Assembly (NCBI GenBank): GCA_938091905.1
Contig: CALKOM010000023.1
Location: forward strand, 64,001 to 128,000
Source: an uncultured Verrucomicrobiales bacterium
GTDB taxonomy: Bacteria > Verrucomicrobiota > Verrucomicrobiia > Verrucomicrobiales > DEV007
DNA: 64,000 bases
Direction: 5' to 3'
The stretch's first letter is position 1. Every line of letters starts with the position of its first letter. The notes below the pieces were generated by a model. The model was not told the origin of the DNA. It saw nothing but the letters and a program-made list of their open reading frames with translations, and searched no databases. Below are positions 10,828 to 20,600 of this stretch, in pieces. A program made the position numbers and the translations under genes.

Positions 10828-11130
10828 TTAGGCGAAGACGGCTTCGAGTTCGAGTTTGCCCTCACGCAGATTGATGGGCACGAGAAAGATGGAAAGGGTG
10901 CCGAGTGTAGGGTGCGCTAACTCGTAAGTCCCTTGTTGGAATTCGGTGGTTTCCACCTGGATGATCAGAGAGAATGGCTTTCTTCCAGAAGTCATCGCGG
11001 TGGGAATATCGGAGACGGAAAGCAGCTTTCCCGGAATGCTCGCTTCGCTTGTCTTTAAAGTGAGCGAAGAATCAACATGAGGCTGAAAGAAGCCACTATC
11101 GACAGAAGCTAGATCAATGGAGGTGCTCAT
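10828..11130 (-). CDS. DUF6916-like small beta protein (tail-collar operon associated)
   Basis: RKPFSLI..QQGTYELAHPTLGTLSIFLVPI..LEAVF motif. Confidence 0.75.
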   Translation of the reverse strand: MSTSIDLASVDSGFFQPHVDSSLTLKTSEASIPGKLLSVSDIPTAMTSGRKPFSLIIQVETTEFQQGTYELAHPTLGTLSIFLVPINLREGKLELEAVFA

Positions 11131-11139
11131 GGGTGTGCG

Positions 11140-11634
11140 TTAGTTCAAGATAGCCTCCAGATAACACTTTCCTTCGCCGATATCGATCGGTACCAGGAAG
11201 AGCGAATGTGATTGGAGTGAGGCACTGGCCACCGTGTAGGATCCTTGCTCGAGAGGGGCTGATGCCGAATGGCTTGCCTCAAAGATGAGCTGGAAGGGAG
11301 GGCGCCGAAGCGCGTGTTTGCCGTCAGGTCGCGGGTAAACTGGCAAGTCACGCACTTCATGTAACGTGATCGGCGTCGTCCGACCATTGTCGGTGACTAG
11401 TTCGAAGGACGTGCCTTTCAGGGGCTTGTAGGTCGCGCTACTCACGGTGTTTAGGTCAAAGGCTTCGGGCTCTTGATAGTCGTGGCGTGGCACGGGTTCC
11501 ACCTTGGGGCCGCCCAGAGGCACGTCGCGGCCTTCGATGACGAGTTCTTCATTGGAAGAGTACTCTGCGGGTTTGTCACAACTCGCGAGGGCAACTGCAG
11601 GTGCAGCGATTCGAATGAAATGTCGGCGTTGCAT
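11140..11634 (-). CDS. DUF6916-like protein with Tat/lipoprotein signal
   Basis: N-terminus MQRRHFI…ALASC (twin-arginine + lipobox). C-terminus PFQLIF..LEQGSY..LFLVPI..YLEAILN is paralogous to 10828-11130. Confidence 0.7.
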   Translation of the reverse strand: MQRRHFIRIAAPAVALASCDKPAEYSSNEELVIEGRDVPLGGPKVEPVPRHDYQEPEAFDLNTVSSATYKPLKGTSFELVTDNGRTTPITLHEVRDLPVYPRPDGKHALRRPPFQLIFEASHSASAPLEQGSYTVASASLQSHSLFLVPIDIGEGKCYLEAILN

Positions 11635-11638
11635 GAGA

Positions 11639-12148
11639 TTAAGAGGTTGCTGGGATTGGCTGAGGCGATCGCTCTAACAGTTCGTAAACGCCTTGATCTT
11701 CTACAGGGAAGAAGCCCAGTCGACGGTAGAGTCGCATGGCAGGGTTGTTCTTCTCAACGTGAATGCGGACCGGTTTGTGAGACTTCAGTGCTTGCGCTAG
11801 GATGTCCTCGAGAATGCGGCCCCCGATACCGTTGCCGCGATTGGCAGGAAGCAAGGCGATGTCGATGATGCGGATTTCATCCTGACGTTCATCCAAGTAG
11901 AGGCGGCCAATAGGTTGGCCACGGGTATTGAGAATGAGGTCAAACTTGGCCTTGGCGAAGTGTTTCATGTAATGGACATGCTGCGCTTCGAACTGTTGCT
12001 GTAAGAAAGAATCGATCTGGGCCTGTGGCCATCCTGTCTGGGCGAGTTCTTCCTGTCGGGTACTCGCATAGAGGCGACACAGAAAGGCAAGGTCTGCGCT
12101 GCCTGCGTTCAGATCGGCCGAGCGAAAGCTGGTGGAGGGAACGGACAT
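11639..12148 (-). CDS. GNAT family N-acetyltransferase
   Basis: LYASTRQEEL..FLQQQFEAQHVHY; IIDIALLPANRGNGIGGRIL; NNPAMRLYRRLGF. The start could also be ATG 12160. Confidence 0.92.
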   Translation of the reverse strand: MSVPSTSFRSADLNAGSADLAFLCRLYASTRQEELAQTGWPQAQIDSFLQQQFEAQHVHYMKHFAKAKFDLILNTRGQPIGRLYLDERQDEIRIIDIALLPANRGNGIGGRILEDILAQALKSHKPVRIHVEKNNPAMRLYRRLGFFPVEDQGVYELLERSPQPIPATS

Positions 12149-12149
12149 G

Positions 12150-12773
12150 TCAGACGGCATACGATTCTTGAGTCCAGGTTCCTTGCCAGTCACTGCAACG
12201 GGCAAACTTGCTCTCTAACACTGCGACCTCATGGCGATAGGCGGCGTCGGGTTTCGGCCAAATGTCATGCCAGGTGACGCTGTAGTGGGCGGCGGCCGGT
12301 GGCGCCCATTCGAAGACGCTTGTGTGAAGGATCTCTAAGCGTTCACCATAACGCGCTTGCAGATGCGGCGCCACGAGCGTGATCACATCGGCGGATTGTT
12401 CGAGCACCGTGATGCGTTCGACGGGCGATGTTTCCGGCCGCAACAGGCATTCGATGATCATTCCCAGCCCAAGACCACTGATCAAGATGTGGCCGCCCCG
12501 TTGGAGTCCTTCGGTGATCGCTTCGCGTTGGGACCACCATTCTTCGTAGAGGTCGGTCATCATATCGATACCGCCCACTTTCAATCTGGTGTATCTGCCA
12601 GGGCGATGGAGCATCCAATGGGGCACCTCAGGGGAGGCCTCCGAGATCTGACCAGCGGGAACGACGGGCAGAGTGAAGCGTTTCACCTCCCATTCACCAG
12701 AAACGCCTTCGGGTACGTCTGACTTGTAGTAGTCAGTCGGCTCGTAAAGCTGTGATGAAAGGGAAACGGCCAT
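12150..12773 (-). CDS. Class I SAM-dependent methyltransferase (spermidine-synthase-like)
   Basis: Motif I ILISGLGLG, acidic residue at end of strand 2 (ITVLEQS), WHDIW motif. Confidence 0.7.
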   Translation of the reverse strand: MAVSLSSQLYEPTDYYKSDVPEGVSGEWEVKRFTLPVVPAGQISEASPEVPHWMLHRPGRYTRLKVGGIDMMTDLYEEWWSQREAITEGLQRGGHILISGLGLGMIIECLLRPETSPVERITVLEQSADVITLVAPHLQARYGERLEILHTSVFEWAPPAAAHYSVTWHDIWPKPDAAYRHEVAVLESKFARCSDWQGTWTQESYAV

Positions 12774-12788
12774 GGGGTGTGGTGAGAC

Positions 12789-13316
12789 CTAGCTGCGGGA
12801 AGGGTAGAGACCTTGAAGGGCGATGATGAAGTTCATGACCAAGTAAGGCTGCATGTTGTTGTGCGCCTGGCCGCCACCTGTGTTGTCGAGCTGATTGATT
12901 GCCATGGTGGCATTGCGAGTGCCGCCATAGAGATTGGTGCCACCTCCTCGACCGGCAATCTGGGCAGGGAGACCGCCTTCTGGATTGGCGTTGTTCGGAT
13001 CCTCCGCTGCACCCATGAGCCCATGGGTGTGAGAGGGCATCTGCGCTTCCGTGAGGGTCGTCGTCTCGCTTCCACCAGATTCTCCGAGTCGTCGTGTGGT
13101 CAGTCCAGGACCGCGGCCAGGGTGCATGGGGGCGCGCCCTTGGAGATTGGGCAAGGCTGTGGTGGTTCTACCGTCGCCTCCATAGGTGGTGCCAATGAGG
13201 GAGAAGAGAGCGGTATTCTGGGCGATCGGGAGCAACTGCCCATAACAGAACGCCCAGCTTCTAGGAGCAAATTTGCCAGCGAAGATGCGGATCTCAGCGA
13301 TGAAAGGTTCTGACAT
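12789..13316 (-). CDS. Phage tail collar domain protein (microcystin-dependent protein MdpB-like), copy 3
   Basis: MSEPFIAEIRIFAGKFAPRSWAFCYGQLL..ALFSLIGTTYGGDG..LPNLQGR…HNNMQPYLVMNFIIALQGLYPSR. Confidence 0.93.
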   Translation of the reverse strand: MSEPFIAEIRIFAGKFAPRSWAFCYGQLLPIAQNTALFSLIGTTYGGDGRTTTALPNLQGRAPMHPGRGPGLTTRRLGESGGSETTTLTEAQMPSHTHGLMGAAEDPNNANPEGGLPAQIAGRGGGTNLYGGTRNATMAINQLDNTGGGQAHNNMQPYLVMNFIIALQGLYPSRS

Positions 13317-13899
13317 GAAGATAGAAGCTTGAGTTAGTTTCGGGATGGGAAGAGGCCGAAGAGCGCCACGATGAAATTCACGCAGACGAAAGGTTGGACA
13401 TTGTCATGCGCTTGGCTGCCTCCCGTGTGTCCGATCGCATCTGCGTTCATGGCAGCGCGTTGTGTGGCACCGGCCTTGTAGGTGAGAATGGTGCCTCCGG
13501 GATTGGCAAAGATGGCACCATCGGGAGAGTTGGCCGTGCCTGTACCCGTGGTCCCTCGCGAGGTATGCGTGTGGGAGCCGATCTGTGAGGCTGAGAGAAT
13601 CTCACCCTCCTGCCCCGACTTGCTTCCGAGGGGGCGGTTGGACAGTCCTGGGCCCCAGCCTTGGTGAATGGGAATGCGCCCACGCATGTCTGGTAGGCCA
13701 AAGGTGGTGCGGCCGTCGCCACCGTAGGTTGTGCGTAACAAACTGAAGAGCACGTCATTCTGAGCGACGCCTATCAATTGCCCGTCACAGAACGCCCAGC
13801 CTCTGGGAGCGAATCTCCCAGCAAACATTCTGATTTCGCCTACAAACGGTTCTGACATGAAAATAGAAGCTTGAGTTAGTTTCGGGATGGGAAGAGGCC
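13306..13899. repeat. 52-bp direct repeat (13306-13357 and 13848-13899, 51/52 identical) spanning both collar-gene junctions
   Basis: ggttctgacatgaa[g/a]atagaagcttgagttagtttcgggatgggaagaggcc occurs twice. Confidence 0.9.
13334..13858 (-). CDS. Phage tail collar domain protein (MdpB-like), copy 2
   Basis: MSEPFVGEIRMFAGRFAPRGWAFCDGQ..TTYGGDGRTTFGLPDMRGR…HDNVQPFVCVNFIVALFGLFPSRN. Confidence 0.93.
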   Translation of the reverse strand: MSEPFVGEIRMFAGRFAPRGWAFCDGQLIGVAQNDVLFSLLRTTYGGDGRTTFGLPDMRGRIPIHQGWGPGLSNRPLGSKSGQEGEILSASQIGSHTHTSRGTTGTGTANSPDGAIFANPGGTILTYKAGATQRAAMNADAIGHTGGSQAHDNVQPFVCVNFIVALFGLFPSRN

Positions 13900-14382
13900 T
13901 CGCATGGCGATGCAGAAGGCGAGGGTCGTGTAAGGCTGCATGTTGTTGTGCGCCTGCCCACCGGCATTGGCGAGCATGCCAGGGTCCATGCTGGCGTTAG
14001 GTGTACCGCCAATGTTGAACAAATTTAGGCTTGCAGTGTTGGAAGCGAAGTAGTTTCCCCCAACTGTGGAGGCGGCTGCCGTCGTATTGGAAACCCGCAC
14101 GGTGTGCCGATGCGGTGGAATCTCTGAGGCGTCGAGCAAGTGCGTTTCATAGCCGCCCTTATGGCCCAGGGAGTGACCATTGCCCTCTTGGATGGGCGTG
14201 CGCCCCCGCAAATCAGGAAGCCCAAAGGACGTGCGACCGTCGCCACCGTAGGTTGTGCCTAACAAACTGAAGAGGGACTGGTTCTGATTGATTGGCAAGA
14301 TCTGCCCATCGCAGAAGGCCCAACCCCGAGGGGCAAAGTTGAATCCCACGATACGAATTTCTGCAAGAAAGGGTTCTGACAT
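13876..14382 (-). CDS. Phage tail collar domain protein (MdpB-like), copy 1
   Basis: MSEPFLAEIRIVGFNFAPRGWAFCDGQ..LFSLLGTTYGGDG..LPDLRGR…HNNMQPYTTLAFCIAMRGLFPSRN. Confidence 0.93.
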   Translation of the reverse strand: MSEPFLAEIRIVGFNFAPRGWAFCDGQILPINQNQSLFSLLGTTYGGDGRTSFGLPDLRGRTPIQEGNGHSLGHKGGYETHLLDASEIPPHRHTVRVSNTTAAASTVGGNYFASNTASLNLFNIGGTPNASMDPGMLANAGGQAHNNMQPYTTLAFCIAMRGLFPSRN

Positions 14383-14406
14383 AGGTGTGAAGTCTGAAAT
14401 CTCAAA

Positions 14407-17304
14407 TTAAGGGACGACGACGGATGGGTCTGTTGGATCCGTGCTCGACAGGTTGACTGTGCCATTCACGATCGATGCCTGGCCGTTCAAGTTGGTGCCT
14501 TGGTCGGCAATGACGCCATCGACTGTCCCCGCGCTTGAGCCATCGATGAACAAGTGGACATTGGCAGAAGTGGCGACGTCGAATTCAAAGGCGTTGTGGG
14601 CAAAGCCAGCATCGAAATCGACAAAGATCTGGTCGCTCGAAGAAGCCGTTTGGAACTCAACGCTCTTGTCGCTGCGGAAGTTAAACATCGTGTCGTGATC
14701 CGGAATGATTTGGTTCTGTTTCTCGATGTGCACTTCGCCGCCGTTGCGCGTGTTGTGGACGATCGACTCGTAGGGAAACTCTTGGGTTGCTGACACGCCG
14801 AGGTCCGTGTTGTCGGCATTGCCACTGGTGACGTCGTGGATGATCTCATTACTCACGAAATGATGGTAGTGCTCGGCATTGTCCGTATCCGTGCGGGCAA
14901 TGTGTCCCCAGACTTCACGGTGCGTGTTGTTCTGAACGATGCTTTCCCCGGTGGTTCCATCTTTCGCGGTGATGTTTAGGCTCGCGCCAAATTGGGCTGC
15001 ATTGTCGCCTTGCAGGCCTTCGAGCGTGTTGTTCGTGAAGATCGCTTCAAAGGTGCTTCCAGTTCCGCCGATGATCATTTCGACTTCACCCTGGGGGAAG
15101 CCTTTGAAGGCGAAGCTACTTCCGGCATCGGTAAGATGATCGGTGACTTGGAAGGTGTTGCGCGAGACGTGCACATCGAGATCTCCAGAGAAGGCAGGCG
15201 CATTCGGCGCCGTTCGGATATTCATGGAACCGTAGTCACCTTTGCCACAATTTAGAAACGTATTGCCTAACAAATCCTCTAAGTCGGCAAGATCACCGAT
15301 GATGATGTCTGCTGTGACTGAACCGGCCACATAAACTTCCAAGCCAGCAGCGCCGACACTCACATCAGCACTGGTGAACTCTTTCAAGGATCGCTCAAAG
15401 TGATTGCGCGTCAGGTCGAATCGAACACTACCACTATCCGCAGTGATGAACTGAGCTAAACCAGATCCATGCTGGAAGGTGTTGTTATCCAAGGTCACCT
15501 GACCGCTGATGCCGTGAACTCGGATCATGGATTCACGGAAGACCGAGCGGGTGTCGTCACCGATATTTCCAGGCAGATGGAAACGATTTGTATCCGTGAT
15601 AGATGAGTTGGTGATCTCAAGGCCGACCAAGGTTGTCCGTTCGGTGTAGGTGACGGGCACATCGAATGGCGTGGCATTGATGGCGCAATCACTGACGTTA
15701 TCGATCCGCACGCGGTCGAGACTCAAACCACCTGCGAGTGCCGCCGCATGAATGGCATCGGCACCGCTTTGATAAGTGGTCGTGAGCATGGCGTCATCCG
15801 TGCCGTTGATGTCATTGATATCGAGATTTCTCAGGGTCATCAAGCCGGCGTTGGCAGCCAGGCGAACAGCATCAACGTCAGTCTTGTTCGTGATAAAGCC
15901 TGCGCTCCCCAAGGTCGTGCCTGTGCCTGTGAGCGTGAATGGCCCAACAGTGCCGAGAACTTGAAGGCCAGGCTCAGTGCCGCCAGTCGATTCGATGCGT
16001 TCCAAACTCACACCAGCCCCCGCCACCCCAAGTGTCGTGCTTTGCAGATTGACAGCTCCGCCACTCTCACAAATGACCTTGGATCCCGAAGCGAAATTCA
16101 CTGTTGTCTGGTTGGCGCCGAGACCCGCAAAGAGGATCCCTTGGCCACCGCCCGTGCACTGCAGATCCACCATTCCAAAGTTCGCGTTGCCCGATACATT
16201 TAGAGCCCGAATCCCGTTCTGACTTCCTCCATTCTTCACGATGGAATCGAAGCTGACGTTCAAGTTGCCTCCATTGAGAGCGAGGCTTCCCCCTGATCCA
16301 GAGATGGCCATTTCGCGAATCACTAGACTGCCAAACGTGGTCCCAGCGATCGCAGCGAGATCCGTGTCGGCGATGTTTAGACCGCGCAGCACGTTCGCCG
16401 CGGCCAAGTTGATAGCATTTCCGCTAGAAGTATTCAAAACCGGGCGGGCACCTTGACTCGGCAAAGCAAGCGAATGGGGAGGAAGCGTGAGCCCGCAGAA
16501 GTCGTGGAGGCTTTGGCTAGATCCCTGGCCCATGACGCGTTGATTGTTCGCTAGATTGAGACTGTCATTGTAACTACCCGAGTAGATAAACAAACAATCG
16601 CCATCGGCATCCATGGCGTTGCTGTTGTGCTGCGCGAGGGTCTGGAATGGACTGCCCAGACGTCCATCGCCCGCCGAGGGATTTGAATCGTCAAAGAACC
16701 AGATCATCCCAGTGACGTTGATGCTCACCTCGACGACGCCATTGCCTGTGCTGGCATCATTGAGAGCATCTTCATCTGTGATCACGTAGGTGAACGTATC
16801 CGCGCCCTGAAACCCGACAGCAGGCATGTAAGTGAATGCGCCATTCAGGCTCATGCTGACCTGCCCGCCACCTGATGTGGCGATGCTTGGGGGACCGGCT
16901 TGAAGATCGCTGATACCGTTCCCGTTTGTTCCGTCCGGATCACGGTCATTAGCCAACACCCCTGCTGCTGCTGCCACCTGTATGCCGACATTCCCCATGC
17001 AGTCATAGCTGTCGTCCAAGGCAATGGGCGTCACCATGACGGAATCGCCTATTAACGTAGTGTTCGCATCGACCGCGGTTTCATAAACGAGATCCGTACC
17101 GCTGAAGCCGCTGGTATTGGTGATCTCGGCTTCCAGAGTGATGCTCTCACCAGGATTGGCTTTGCCGTCCGTCTTCACTTCCTCCCCCAGAGTATCGTCC
17201 AGGGTGATGTCCAGGTTCGGGGTGGGAACGCCAGCGATCGCCAGCCACGTGCCAATGCCAATCACGGGTAGGCAGACGATTCCGAGTAGAGTTTGATGTT
17301 TCAT
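14407..17304 (-). CDS. Large secreted adhesin-like protein: N-terminal half of DUF11-like domain + Big_9/cadherin-like Ig + right-handed beta-helix
   Basis: Signal peptide. DGKANPGESITLEAEITN..DANTTLIGDSV (first half of DUF11-like fold). PIALDDSY..GVLANDRDPDG..GAFTYMPAVGFQGADTFTYVITD (Big_9). GDGRLGSPFQTL and Asn/Gly-rich 'xxNxF' repeats (beta-helix). Confidence 0.75.
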   Translation of the reverse strand: MKHQTLLGIVCLPVIGIGTWLAIAGVPTPNLDITLDDTLGEEVKTDGKANPGESITLEAEITNTSGFSGTDLVYETAVDANTTLIGDSVMVTPIALDDSYDCMGNVGIQVAAAAGVLANDRDPDGTNGNGISDLQAGPPSIATSGGGQVSMSLNGAFTYMPAVGFQGADTFTYVITDEDALNDASTGNGVVEVSINVTGMIWFFDDSNPSAGDGRLGSPFQTLAQHNSNAMDADGDCLFIYSGSYNDSLNLANNQRVMGQGSSQSLHDFCGLTLPPHSLALPSQGARPVLNTSSGNAINLAAANVLRGLNIADTDLAAIAGTTFGSLVIREMAISGSGGSLALNGGNLNVSFDSIVKNGGSQNGIRALNVSGNANFGMVDLQCTGGGQGILFAGLGANQTTVNFASGSKVICESGGAVNLQSTTLGVAGAGVSLERIESTGGTEPGLQVLGTVGPFTLTGTGTTLGSAGFITNKTDVDAVRLAANAGLMTLRNLDINDINGTDDAMLTTTYQSGADAIHAAALAGGLSLDRVRIDNVSDCAINATPFDVPVTYTERTTLVGLEITNSSITDTNRFHLPGNIGDDTRSVFRESMIRVHGISGQVTLDNNTFQHGSGLAQFITADSGSVRFDLTRNHFERSLKEFTSADVSVGAAGLEVYVAGSVTADIIIGDLADLEDLLGNTFLNCGKGDYGSMNIRTAPNAPAFSGDLDVHVSRNTFQVTDHLTDAGSSFAFKGFPQGEVEMIIGGTGSTFEAIFTNNTLEGLQGDNAAQFGASLNITAKDGTTGESIVQNNTHREVWGHIARTDTDNAEHYHHFVSNEIIHDVTSGNADNTDLGVSATQEFPYESIVHNTRNGGEVHIEKQNQIIPDHDTMFNFRSDKSVEFQTASSSDQIFVDFDAGFAHNAFEFDVATSANVHLFIDGSSAGTVDGVIADQGTNLNGQASIVNGTVNLSSTDPTDPSVVVP

Positions 17305-17611
17305 ATGAAGCAAACAAGCGGTTTCGGAGGGTAACGGCCCCCGTAGAGTATCCCTACGGGAAAAGCGACCAGGTGTTTCAGCTGGCCAGAAAAGAAGAGC
17401 GACATTCTAAGCACGGGGGGACGAACTACCAGGTCGGCCCGACGTTTGGCAAGCCTCTTACCAGGCAAATGGACGAATCTCCCGTTTCAGATAGCGCGCA
17501 GACTCGTCACAGCGCTTCCCCCCAGACCTGGACCATGATACTCCCGCGAAACGTGCAAGCACCACGAGCAAGTGGCTTCAGGATGCACGGCTACACAAAA
17601 CCCATCTGAGT

Positions 17612-20600
17612 TCAGTCGGGCGCGTTCGGGGGTAGTCTTGCTTCATCCCCCTGCTCCGTTTCGGCATCGATCGCTACGGGCATCTCGGATGGGCTAGATT
17701 CTTGCACCGGTTGGACATTGATATCCACATCCACGGGCACGGCACGGAGCTTGTTAATGATGTCTTCTAACTTCGCTATTGTCGCATCTGCTAGAGTCGC
17801 GGGCTGCTGCTGATGAGCCAAGGAAGCTGCAAGAACCTCCTGGATGCGATCCGTACTGGCATTGAAGGCGGCCAGTTGGCCAACCACGCGTGAAACAGGA
17901 TCGTTGTCGCGCGCACCTCCCGTGAGGAGGTTGCGCGCGAAGGTCTTCTTGATCTCTTCCCAGCGCACGGAGTCTTCTTCTGTTAGGAATCCTTCAAGGT
18001 CTTGGAACTTCAACAGGTTGGCTTCGGCACCGGTCGTCAGCGTTTGAGATTCATTCTCGTAGTGATCCTTGATAACGTTGATCACTTCTTCCTCCGTCAT
18101 GATGGGCAGGATCTTTTCCGCCATGCGATTCATGTTTCTGTAAGAACCCTGAAGCTTAAATGGCGGCTCGGTGCGGTACTCGTCCGACTGCGCAGCGGAG
18201 CGAATGTATTCCAAGTTTACCCGCAGGACGGTGTCACGCACGCGCATGAGCTTGGTCATGACATCGACCATCTCACTGACCTCCTCCGGCGTGTAGTTGC
18301 CTTCGAAATCGACGCCATCAGCCGTGCCATTGCGAGCGATTTGAATGATCGCATGCACGTCTTTCTGGCTGCGCGATCCCAGGGGTGCGAGAATGGCGTT
18401 ACTCGTCAGACAGTTCTCCAAATAGGAATCCTCAAACGCCTGCTGATGGGTACCGACGATATCACCGAGGTTGTAGGTATCGGCCCGGTTGGCCAGCATG
18501 TCAGGAATCTGAAACTTGCCTCCGCTTTCCGTGTAAGGATTGCCCGCCATCACGACAGCGACCTTGCGGCCACGCAAATCGTAGGTCCGGGCCACGCCAT
18601 CGTAGACGCCCTCAATGCGTCGCTGGCCGTCGCAAAGTGAGATGAACTTCTGCAAGAACTCGGGATCACAGTGCTGAATGTCATCGAGGTAGATCATGAC
18701 ATTGTCTCCCATCTCAAGAGAGAGATTGAGCTTCTTGACCTCTTCTCGGGCACTTGCGTTAGGCGCTTCTACCGGATCGAGCGAGCGCACTTGGTGACCA
18801 AGAGCCGGCCCATTGACCTTCACAAAGGTCAATCCTAACCGATCCGCCATGTATTCCATCAAGGTCGTTTTACCGTAACCCGGCGGCGAGATAAGTAAAA
18901 GCAAGCCCATCCGGTCGGTGCGCGTGTCGGCCCCTGCCACACCAATCTGCTTGGCCAAGTTATCGCCAATCATCGGCAAGTAAACTTCGTCCAGCAACCG
19001 GTTCCGTACAAAGGAACTCATGATCCGTGGCTTGAACTCGTCCAATCGCAATAACTCACGTTTGTCCACCGTCAGCGTGTGTTTGATCTCTGTGTAGCGC
19101 TGAAAGAGAGGCAGCGTCTGGCGCTCAAATCTGGCGAGCTTGCTTAGAAACTTGGTGTAGTGGAGGTGATAGTTTCCCTGCGCGATCACAGCATGATTGC
19201 CTAACATGCCATCGATATCAGATTCCAACGGCACCTCAACAACCTCGGCACTTTGCACACCGCCTCGCAAGAGATGGGCAGCCGCCTCATCAAGATACGC
19301 ATGACTGGAATCGAAAGCCCGTAGCCAATCGCGGATGACCTCAAACTCATCTTGAGGGAACTTGGCCAACTTCTTGCGCGCTGCTTCGAAGGCCGATTGC
19401 TGGCGTTTCGTTGCGAGCCCTTTCTGAAAAGCACTCACCAGGGACGCGGCTTCGGCGCTCACGGTGAAACTCGCGCCATCCACCATCTCGTGAAAGAGAT
19501 AGGCTGCGGTCTCCTCAGCGCCGTCGCCTAACCATTGCTGCAATCTCTCGATGTAGGTCGTTTGCAAGGCAGGCGCCTCGTCGAAAGCGCTGCGAACGGC
19601 ACCGAAAGATTCTAGCTGATGAAAGAGACGCTGTTTCTCATGATCTTCTTTCCAAGCTCTCCACGCCACAATACCTTGAGCACGCACTGCTGGATCATAG
19701 CGTAAGAGTCCCGCTTTGGCCTGCAACGGAAGGAGCCGTTTTAAAATACAGAAAGCGTCATGGTCATGGACCCCCTTGGTGTAGCCTTCGGCATAACGAG
19801 GTGCCATGAACTTTCGTAAGACTTCCAGCTCGACTTCCAGGTCACCCACATGCTCTTGGAAATAGCGATAGGCTAGGTACTCACCCCGGTAAACCTCTGA
19901 GCTTTCCGATAGGACTTCTTGGCTCCACGCAGGCTGCGTTTCCAAAAACACCGGATCCTTAATCGGCTCAAAGAAATTCGTGCCCGTGAGGTGGAAGCAC
20001 ATCGCCTCGTCGCGAGGCACGACGGTGAGCTCCAGCGTCTGTTGATTCACGGAGAATCGATGCTTTCCTAGTTGAATAATCGCCTTGCCATCGACGAACA
20101 GTTCCTTGCGATCCTTGAGCTGACGAACAGCATCCTCACGTTGACTCTTCAGCTTTGCCTGAATGGCATCCGCTTTGACCGAGTCACCGAGATCTTGCAA
20201 CTGCGTGACGATGTCACGCACCTTCTCAATCATCAGATCAGATGCCAAGTAGGCGTTGATCTCGTGGAGTTCTTGAAAGCCGTCGAGCCGATTGTGAATA
20301 CTCTGGAAGATGCGTTCGGCAGACTTTTCCAGGTTGGCAGCGCGCTTGTTGCGCGATTCTAACAAGCTGACTTTGCGAGCCTCAAACGCATCGTATATTT
20401 CGGTGCGTTTCTCGCCAAGCTCAGCCACATAATCATCGAACTCGGCATACTTGCCTTCGAGTTCCTCCAGCTGGACCATCGTCTTGCTCAAGTAAGACTC
20501 ACACTTCTCTGGCGAATCACACAGTTCGAGGTAGTTGACCACGGCCTGATTGAGCAACTTAAGCTGCGCCTGAAACTGAGCAGCGCCTTCCTCACGCCCA

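Noticed and set aside
12789..14382. Prophage or contractile injection system suggested by tail-collar genes
   Set aside because: No integrase, capsid, terminase, sheath, tube, baseplate or lysis genes in the window; the neighbours are secreted and modifying proteins.
17340..17360. cccgtag-agtatcc-ctacggg hairpin upstream of the adhesin operon as a riboswitch or REP
   Set aside because: Only a 7-bp stem with no further recognisable consensus; it could be chance.
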